Source of the DNA: a virus
Taxonomy: Duplodnaviria; Caudoviricetes
Length of the DNA stretch: 64,000 nucleotides
Direction: 5' to 3' (one strand)
IMG/VR virus record: IMGVR_UViG_3300026546_000001
Coordinates: 32,001 to 96,000 of that record
Below the pieces are notes generated by a model. That model made no database searches. It was given only the letters and a program-made list of their open reading frames with translations, and was not told where the DNA came from. The position numbers were made by a program, and so were the translations under genes. This document shows positions 56,739 through 64,000 of the stretch, piece by piece (the first letter of the stretch is position 1; every line of letters starts with the position of its first letter).

Positions 56739-59700
56739 TTATCGTTCATCAAAATGTAATAACCAATCTAATGATCGACCAATTAAATTAACTGCGTCAT
56801 CTTCCAGTAATGTGTCATCTCCATATCCAAAAAACACTCTACGTTCAGGTAATGGTATAGAATTTAAATCATCTTCATCTTTTGCCCATGTTAATAATAT
56901 AGATTTATTTGATTCTAATTGTATCGTACCTAAAACATGTGAATCACTTTCATTTAACGTTGTATAATTATATGTTCGTCCATATTTTGTTAATCTAACT
57001 ATTTGATCTTCGTTATAACCATTTGTTATATAATGACCATTATCTGTTATTTGAATAAAATATTGATAATTTATAGAACTATACTGATCACTTGTTATTA
57101 AATTCATATATGATAATACTTCAACTCTATTAATAAAAATTCCAATTGGAGCTGAATTTAATTTATCTTGTATTCTACTATCTCTTGCATTAGATGAAAT
57201 ATAAATTAAATCATAACCAATCCATGAAGTATTTGTTACGTGAATATCTTTTAATAAAGTTGGTATAAATGATTTAGATTGCATCACATTTATAACTTCT
57301 TTATCAGTTGTATCTAGTCTATTATAATTTTCAGTGTTAACGATATATAATACTCTATATGATTTACCAATATTTTTTGTTACATCTACAAATTGTGAAC
57401 TTGATTGACCTGATAATGCTTGTAAAAAATGATGTTCAATATTAACAATTGAAATATCTCCATCATGTGTATCATCTGAATCAGTTGCATCTCGTGTAAT
57501 ATTAATACCAAGTGAAGTATCAGCTCCAATGACTTCTAATTTTGATGAATGTCTAATTGTCATTATATTAGATACATCTATTGGTATAAAATAAGATTGT
57601 ACAACATTACTTGATGATGGTGCAACATGTGTATTTGTAATTTCACCAATTCTATTATCATAAGCTGGAGCGTCACTTTTATTGGTATATACTTGCATAC
57701 CATCTTGTACAATTGCAGCTCTAATTCTAAATTTAAAATTACCACCATTAGAAGAATTAGTTGTAACTTTTAAAATAAACATTAATGGACTACTTGTATC
57801 AGTAATAGTTGGAAAATTTATAACATAATTAAATGTTGTTTTTTGTCCATTTGGCATAGTATTTAAAGGTCTTGCTATATAAAATTCTTGATCTGCCCAA
57901 TATCCTACACTCGTTCCATTGTCATCAATTGGAGTTTGTTGTAATATAGATACATCAAAACCTGGTATAATATTCCATATTCTAGCTGTTCCAAAATGTT
58001 CTCTGAATCCATCTTCACGATATGCAGTAGTATTAAACATTATACCAACTCTATCAATTGCAGTTTTAGTAGTAAATGCTTTAATAACTCTAATACGTGC
58101 CCAATAATGTTCCTTACCATCATCATATATTGGCGCGTGCGCTCTAAACCACATATCCCTAGCAAAACTATCTATGCGAACATTTTCATATAAAAATTTA
58201 AAAAATCTATTTTTACCAGCAGATGAATATGGATTATGTCCATCAGTTACCATATTATTGATAGAGTTCCAAACTTGATTTTCACCATCATATATTTCAA
58301 GTATTAATTCACCTCCATCATTATGATCTAACGGAGATGCAACATCCATCGTAAATGTATGCCATAATATTGGAACATTATTTAATACACTATCACTTGT
58401 GAAATATAAACAATTATCAACTAATGTCGTATCAAATTCAAATTGTTCATCATTATATACAGTTTGTAAACCATCTGTTCCAGCATCCATAGCTGGTCCA
58501 ATTATTAATAATGTGTTTCTATAATCAGCTGCACCATTACCAACACATACTTTACTTCCATGTAAAGAATTACCAACTAAAACATCATTAAAAAAATAAT
58601 TACCCATTCCAACTGTGTTGAATGTAACGTTAAAATTAGCCCAGTTAATAATATCAACATTAACAATTTTAGTTATGTCAAGAGTTGCTGATGCAACAGT
58701 CATTGAACTATTAAACGATAATAATTGAAATTCTGAAACTTTAGTATCTCGTGAATTTAAATTATTAATTGTTATTGAACTATTATTTCCGGTATTAGGT
58801 ATTTGTAATGTTATATTTTTAGTTTCAATTGTAGTATTAGGAATATTAATTTCTGACATTTCATTACATTTATATGCAATATTAATATTTTGTGCATCTA
58901 TAACATCACCTAACACCGAAGATTGATTATCTGCGTATATAATTATACCAGTATTAAATACATATCCAGTTTTTAATAACACAAACGCCCAATTTGCGGT
59001 TACACACGCAATATCTTGTGTTTCATTAAATATTCCAGCGTTATCAATTAAAAAATTTGACATTGATATAAATGAATTATTCTTTGCATCAATAACTATT
59101 GGATTATTATATGCTTTAACTTCATCAAATTGAATATTCATATTTTGTCCGTCTGATAATATACAAATATCATTATTTTCAAAATATGAATTTTTAATAA
59201 ACGCATAAATTTTATCGTCAATTTGAGTAGTGTTAATATTAATTGCATTTTGAAAGGATACAAAATCACAATTGTAAATATTATACGCTCCCATGTTTTG
59301 TAAATCTATAGCAGTAATATTTTTTGACGTTCCATTTGTACCAGATGTTGTATTTATTCCAACATTTTTTAATTGATCTAAAATTTCATTAGTAAATTTT
59401 TTACTTCGTTTATATGGTAAAATGTATTCATTATTATGTAAAGTATAAATATTATCAATATTAAAATCATCAATATTGCCATAAAAACCAATGTTTAATA
59501 TATCACTACCAACATTTTGTGTAGTTGAACTTAATGATAGAATTGGTTCATCAATATTTTTAGGTAATACTAGTGTTGTAGATGATCCTGATCCAGATAT
59601 ATTAATATATTCATTATCAATAATAAGTGGATTTTCTTCTACAAATATACCTGGTAAAATATCAATTTTAACTGGATGAGAACTTGTTGCTATATTTTTT

Positions 59701-60506
59701 GAATATTCTATTGCTGCTTTAATTGTTCTAAATGGAGAAAACATATTAGGATTCATTGTATCGTCGTTACCATTAATTGATACAACAATTGTTTCAACAG
59801 GTGTTCTATTAAATGCACCAATTTCATATAAATTCCAACCAACTTCATTATTTGTATATACTAATTCATATAATCTATTTTTATAATCTTCAGAATCTAT
59901 AACATAAGTTGATTCTCCGCCATCTATCGGAATATTATTATCTGCAATAAATGTAATTGAATGTGTTACATCTTCAATTAATATTCTATTTCTATCACCT
60001 AATAACGGAGTTGTTAAATGAAATTCAATACTATTATTACTAGCGTTTAATAAATAATATTCACCTGGAGTAGAATTATAAACAGCTTCTGATACTTCTA
60101 TATAACTATCTACTAAATCATCTGTTCTATTTTTTAATATGTCTAATGCTTCTTTAACTGATAACATAACATATCCTGCAGTTCCAGATGTACTATATGC
60201 GTCAGCTCCTGTTGAAAAAGTTTCATAATACATATCTGTTGCATTACCTTCAGGATATGTTACAATTACTTCTTCAGGAATATCCCATTTAGATTTGTCA
60301 TGATTTATTAATATATTATGTAATTCATTTTCTTCATCTTGTGTTAATGGATCTGAAAAATGCCACTTAACAATATTTGGTTTAATAAAGTCAATCCATA
60401 AAAATTGACTATTAAATGGATATGATTGAACAATATTCATTGTTTCTTCATTCAATCCATCTACACTTATTTCAGATTTATCTCTATAATCAATATATTC
60501 TACCAT
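56739..60506 (-). CDS. Large virion protein with probable beta-helix (tail spike/fibre-like)
   Basis: GND......PFRTI.AA...I...PG.F.E opening typical of pectin-lyase-like beta-helices; follows the fibre gene. Confidence 0.65.
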   Translation of the reverse strand: MVEYIDYRDKSEISVDGLNEETMNIVQSYPFNSQFLWIDFIKPNIVKWHFSDPLTQDEENELHNILINHDKSKWDIPEEVIVTYPEGNATDMYYETFSTGADAYSTSGTAGYVMLSVKEALDILKNRTDDLVDSYIEVSEAVYNSTPGEYYLLNASNNSIEFHLTTPLLGDRNRILIEDVTHSITFIADNNIPIDGGESTYVIDSEDYKNRLYELVYTNNEVGWNLYEIGAFNRTPVETIVVSINGNDDTMNPNMFSPFRTIKAAIEYSKNIATSSHPVKIDILPGIFVEENPLIIDNEYINISGSGSSTTLVLPKNIDEPILSLSSTTQNVGSDILNIGFYGNIDDFNIDNIYTLHNNEYILPYKRSKKFTNEILDQLKNVGINTTSGTNGTSKNITAIDLQNMGAYNIYNCDFVSFQNAININTTQIDDKIYAFIKNSYFENNDICILSDGQNMNIQFDEVKAYNNPIVIDAKNNSFISMSNFLIDNAGIFNETQDIACVTANWAFVLLKTGYVFNTGIIIYADNQSSVLGDVIDAQNINIAYKCNEMSEINIPNTTIETKNITLQIPNTGNNSSITINNLNSRDTKVSEFQLLSFNSSMTVASATLDITKIVNVDIINWANFNVTFNTVGMGNYFFNDVLVGNSLHGSKVCVGNGAADYRNTLLIIGPAMDAGTDGLQTVYNDEQFEFDTTLVDNCLYFTSDSVLNNVPILWHTFTMDVASPLDHNDGGELILEIYDGENQVWNSINNMVTDGHNPYSSAGKNRFFKFLYENVRIDSFARDMWFRAHAPIYDDGKEHYWARIRVIKAFTTKTAIDRVGIMFNTTAYREDGFREHFGTARIWNIIPGFDVSILQQTPIDDNGTSVGYWADQEFYIARPLNTMPNGQKTTFNYVINFPTITDTSSPLMFILKVTTNSSNGGNFKFRIRAAIVQDGMQVYTNKSDAPAYDNRIGEITNTHVAPSSSNVVQSYFIPIDVSNIMTIRHSSKLEVIGADTSLGINITRDATDSDDTHDGDISIVNIEHHFLQALSGQSSSQFVDVTKNIGKSYRVLYIVNTENYNRLDTTDKEVINVMQSKSFIPTLLKDIHVTNTSWIGYDLIYISSNARDSRIQDKLNSAPIGIFINRVEVLSYMNLITSDQYSSINYQYFIQITDNGHYITNGYNEDQIVRLTKYGRTYNYTTLNESDSHVLGTIQLESNKSILLTWAKDEDDLNSIPLPERRVFFGYGDDTLLEDDAVNLIGRSLDWLLHFDER

Positions 60507-60524
60507 ATATTTTTTAATTTTTTT

Positions 60525-63500
60525 TTATAATTTTAAAATTGATAAACTACTTCCGTTATCTACAGTTTCAAGAGCTCTACCATCAATAACTCTAACATAT
60601 ATAACAACTTTATCATTTGCATTTAATGATATAATAATACTTTTACTAATTGTTCCATATCCATCAGAACTATTTCTATGATAACCAGCTGAAAAAGATC
60701 CATCAATAACATTACTATTTACTTGAATTTCTGCTCCAGATGAAGTTCTACTTGATGTAGTTCCATTTAATGTTATATTATAACCAATTAAATATGTTCC
60801 AGCTGTATTTACTGTTATTTCTGTATCACCTGATGAGAATGTAAAATTAGATCCAACATGTGTTAAACCATCCCACGGAATTGGAGTATTATTTCCATTT
60901 CTAGGAATAGATGTTGTGATTGTATCTTGAAATAATTCTATGTAATTATCTTCTATTTTAGTAACTACCCAATTAGAACCATCCCAATTTAATTTATTAC
61001 CAACCGACGGTGTTACAGTTGTAGTATCTACATCTGCTAATTCATCAATTGACAACGTATTTATATATGATAATACTCTTACATCTGTATAATAAAGATT
61101 ATTTGAACCTTCAGATATATCATCTGTGTCTAATATAACTGTTCCAGTTTCACCATTAACAGAATCAACAGTGTTAACTTCAGCACCATCTTCAATTCCA
61201 GCTAGTTTAGTTCTTTCGGTGTCCGTTATAATTTGGCCACTTCCAGAATCTGTTACGTCATTTAATTCTGTGACTGAATGTGATGAAAGATCAGTTAAAT
61301 CTGTTGGTTTATTTAGTATAAATGCGTCACTACTTGAACTTGTTTCATTCCAATCAGATTGAATGTTAACTTCTGCACCATCTTCAATTCCATCTAATTT
61401 AGTTCTTTCAGTATCAGTGATAATTTTACCTGATCCAGAATCTGTTACGTCATTTAATTCAGTAACTGAATGTGATGAAAGATCTGTAATATCAGTTGGA
61501 ACATTATAAAAATTGTTAAAATCAAATGCATCATCTTCAATATTAGTTGGATCATATACTGATTTTAACATATCTCCATTATTAGTTGATATAGTTGCAG
61601 GTTTCCACATGCTACCATCATATTGTAAAACATTATCAGTAGTTACTCCTGTTGTATCTACATCACTTAAATCATCTAAATTAGTAGGAACTGTTGGTTT
61701 ATTTAATATAAATGCATCACTAGTTGAATTTGTTTCATTCCAATCAGATTGAACATTAACTTCAGCGCCATCCTCAATTCCAGTTAGTTTAGTTCTTTCA
61801 GTATCAGTAATAATTTTACCTGATCCAGCATCAGTTATGTCATTTAATTCAGTAACTGAATGTGATGAAAGATCTGTAATATCAGTTGGTTTATTTAGTA
61901 TTTCTGAATCTCCACTAGTAGAGTTCCAATCTGCATTTACATTAACTTCAGCGCCATCCTCAATTCCAGTTAGTTTAGTTCTTTCAGTATCAGTAATAAT
62001 TTTACCTGATCCAGCATCAGTTATGTCATTTAATTCAGTAACTGAATGTGATGAAAGATCAGTTAAATCTGTTGGTTTATTTAATATAAATGCATCACTA
62101 CTTGAACTAGATTCATTCCAATCAGATTGAATATTAACTTCAGCACCATCTTCAATTCCAGCTAATTTAGTTCTTTCAATATCAGTAATAATTTGGCCAC
62201 TTCCAGAATCTGTGACGTCATTTAATTCAGTAACTGAATGAGATGAAAGATCTGTAATATCAGTTGGTTTATTTAGTATTTCTGAATCTCCACTAGTAGA
62301 GTTCCAATCTGCATTTACATTAACTTCCGCGCCATCTTCAATTCCATCTAATTTAGTTCTTTCAGTATTAGTAATAATTTGGCCTGATCCTGCATCTGTT
62401 ATATTATCTAGTTCTGTTTTATTATTATGTGTGTGTCTTGCATTTGTATTAGCAGATACATCTGAATTTGTTGATACTCTTGTATCTGTATAATAAAGAT
62501 TATTTGAACCTTCAGATATATCATCTGTATCTAATATCACAATTCCAGTTTTACTATTAACAGAATCAACAGTGTTAACTTGCGCGCCATCTTCAATTCC
62601 ATCTAATTTAGTTCTTTCAGTATCGGTGATAATTTTACCTGATCCAGCATTAGTTACGTCATTTAATTCTGTGACTGAATGTGATGAAAGGTCAGTTAAA
62701 TCTGTTGGTTTATTTAGTATTTCTGAATCTCCACTAGTAGAATTCCAGTTTGCATTTACATTAACTTCTGCGCCATCTTCAATTCCATCCAATTTAGTTC
62801 TTTCAATATCAGTGATAATTTTACCTGATCCAGAATCTGTTACGTCATTTAATTCAGTAACTGAATGTGATGAAAGATCTGTAATATCAGTTGGAATATT
62901 ATAAAAATTATTAAAATTAAATACATCATCTTCAATATTAGTTGGATCGTAAACAGATTTTAACATGTCTCCAGCTGTTGAATAATTATCTACTGAAGGT
63001 ACCCAATTAGAACCGTCCCATTTTAAAACATCACCAATACCTGGTGTTATTAAAGTTGTATTTACATCACTTAATTCATTTATTGATGTATTAGATATAA
63101 CAGTTGAAACTCTAGTATCTGTGTAATATAAATTATTTGTCCCTTCTGGTAAATCATCTGTTGTTTGCGGAATATTTATGTTATTTAAATCATTGTTTAA
63201 TTCATCTATAGCAGTTTGAACATCTGTAGAACTTAAACCACTTGTTGAATTATCATATGTTATTAAATCTGCTGAATAATCTCCACTTTCTGCTATAATG
63301 TCTCCAGTTCTTGTGAATACACTTGTCACAAGTGATTCAGGTACGTCTGATGCAACCCAATTAGTTCCATTATATTTCAAGTATTGATCAACTAATACAC
63401 CAACAGTATCAACATTATTTAAATCTTCAATATTAGCTAATGATATTCTAATGTCAACTCTTTCATCTGTGTAATATAGTCCATTTGTTCCTTCAAAAAT

Positions 63501-64000
63501 ATCATTAGTTGTTAAAATAACATCACCAACTTTATTATTAACTGAATCAACTGTGTTTACTTGTGCACCGTCTTCAATGCCTTCTAATTTAGTTCTTTCA
63601 GTATCAGTAATAATTTTACCACTTCCAGCATTAGATACATTATTTAATTCAATAACTGAATGAGATGAAAGATCTGTAATATCAGTTGGAACATTATAAA
63701 AATTGTTATAATCAAATGCATCTGCTTCTATTAAAGTAGGATCATATACAGATTTTAACATATCACCAGAAGTTGAATTTCCTGTTTCATCAATGGATGG
63801 TGTCCAATTTGTTCCGTCCCATTTTAAAATATGACCAACTGAAGGAGAAATTGTAGATGTATCTACGTCACTTAATTCATTAATTGATGATATATTTAAG
63901 TCAGCTAAAAAATATGATCTTTTGTAATATTTGTTAGATGATCCTTCTGGTAAATTATCTGTTGATTTATTAACAAATCTATTATCAAACCGTTGATCAG
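60525..64000 (-). CDS. Long repetitive tail fibre with C1q/BclA-like C-terminal domain (5' end outside the window)
   Basis: The frame stays open from the track's ATG 63761 to the window end. Repeated modules ERTKLxGIEDGA, EGxxNLYYT and LKWDGxNW. C-terminal TAGTYLIGYNI...LNANDKV...LSILKL. Confidence 0.8.
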   Translation of the reverse strand, partial: DQRFDNRFVNKSTDNLPEGSSNKYYKRSYFLADLNISSINELSDVDTSTISPSVGHILKWDGTNWTPSIDETGNSTSGDMLKSVYDPTLIEADAFDYNNFYNVPTDITDLSSHSVIELNNVSNAGSGKIITDTERTKLEGIEDGAQVNTVDSVNNKVGDVILTTNDIFEGTNGLYYTDERVDIRISLANIEDLNNVDTVGVLVDQYLKYNGTNWVASDVPESLVTSVFTRTGDIIAESGDYSADLITYDNSTSGLSSTDVQTAIDELNNDLNNINIPQTTDDLPEGTNNLYYTDTRVSTVISNTSINELSDVNTTLITPGIGDVLKWDGSNWVPSVDNYSTAGDMLKSVYDPTNIEDDVFNFNNFYNIPTDITDLSSHSVTELNDVTDSGSGKIITDIERTKLDGIEDGAEVNVNANWNSTSGDSEILNKPTDLTDLSSHSVTELNDVTNAGSGKIITDTERTKLDGIEDGAQVNTVDSVNSKTGIVILDTDDISEGSNNLYYTDTRVSTNSDVSANTNARHTHNNKTELDNITDAGSGQIITNTERTKLDGIEDGAEVNVNADWNSTSGDSEILNKPTDITDLSSHSVTELNDVTDSGSGQIITDIERTKLAGIEDGAEVNIQSDWNESSSSSDAFILNKPTDLTDLSSHSVTELNDITDAGSGKIITDTERTKLTGIEDGAEVNVNADWNSTSGDSEILNKPTDITDLSSHSVTELNDITDAGSGKIITDTERTKLTGIEDGAEVNVQSDWNETNSTSDAFILNKPTVPTNLDDLSDVDTTGVTTDNVLQYDGSMWKPATISTNNGDMLKSVYDPTNIEDDAFDFNNFYNVPTDITDLSSHSVTELNDVTDSGSGKIITDTERTKLDGIEDGAEVNIQSDWNETSSSSDAFILNKPTDLTDLSSHSVTELNDVTDSGSGQIITDTERTKLAGIEDGAEVNTVDSVNGETGTVILDTDDISEGSNNLYYTDVRVLSYINTLSIDELADVDTTTVTPSVGNKLNWDGSNWVVTKIEDNYIELFQDTITTSIPRNGNNTPIPWDGLTHVGSNFTFSSGDTEITVNTAGTYLIGYNITLNGTTSSRTSSGAEIQVNSNVIDGSFSAGYHRNSSDGYGTISKSIIISLNANDKVVIYVRVIDGRALETVDNGSSLSILKL
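61150..63700 (-). repeat. Coding repeats within the tail fibre gene (boundaries approximate)
   Basis: Nine copies of the (PTDITDLSSHSV)TELND...GSG.IITD.ERTKL.GIEDGA.VN module, several nearly identical at DNA level. Confidence 0.85.

Noticed and set aside
61150-63700. CRISPR array or DGR template/variable repeats
   Set aside because: The repeats keep frame within one ORF, differences are mostly synonymous and not confined to adenines, and no reverse transcriptase is present.
1-64000. Genome-wide stop-codon reassignment (code 15 or 4), as in some Bacteroidota phages
   Set aside because: Conserved genes are full length in code 11, and TAA, TAG (clpC) and TGA (thyA, tyrS) all end genes at the expected places. 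Only one in-frame stop (12114) looks bypassed.
1-64000. Bacterial chromosome, eukaryotic giant virus or nucleus-forming phiKZ-like phage
   Set aside because: T4-like replication genes, gp42 and fibres indicate a tailed phage; tmRNA, NusG and bacterial promoters argue against NCLDV. No phiKZ-type RNAP, tubulin or shell gene is recognisable in this window, though the rest of the genome is not visible.

Overview
A 64-kb segment of a very AT-rich (about 20-25% GC by eye) jumbo bacteriophage, read in standard code 11. The host is probably Bacteroidota: several genes look host-derived (rnhB, nusG, tyrS, clpC, dCMP deaminase, rhomboid), TAnnTTTG promoters and BACON domains are present, and the tmRNA tag starts with Gly. 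The window has T4-like replication genes: the C-terminal half of a split PolB, UvsX/RecA, gp41-type helicase, topoisomerase II gp39/60 and gp52, and a TOPRIM primase-like protein. It also has a DinG helicase, nucleotide-metabolism genes and two large virion fibre genes at the right end. Main observations: (1) a T4 gp42-type dCMP hydroxymethylase, plus an operon that mixes thymidylate synthase with three non-T4 glycosyltransferases, suggesting an undescribed glycosylated-hmC DNA modification; (2) six tandem small genes with variable cores and conserved junctions and C-terminal tags; (3) a virion gene separated by one in-frame TAA from five BACON domains that have no start codon; (4) a phage tmRNA (missed by the ORF track) near RNase R, NADAR and macrodomain genes, with an N-domain-less ClpC elsewhere; (5) a TOPRIM / AT-rich repeat gap / family-A-polymerase-like module; (6) a bipartite promoter AAAC-N16-WTATAW upstream of replication genes. 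All calls come from motif recognition by eye; no searches were run.
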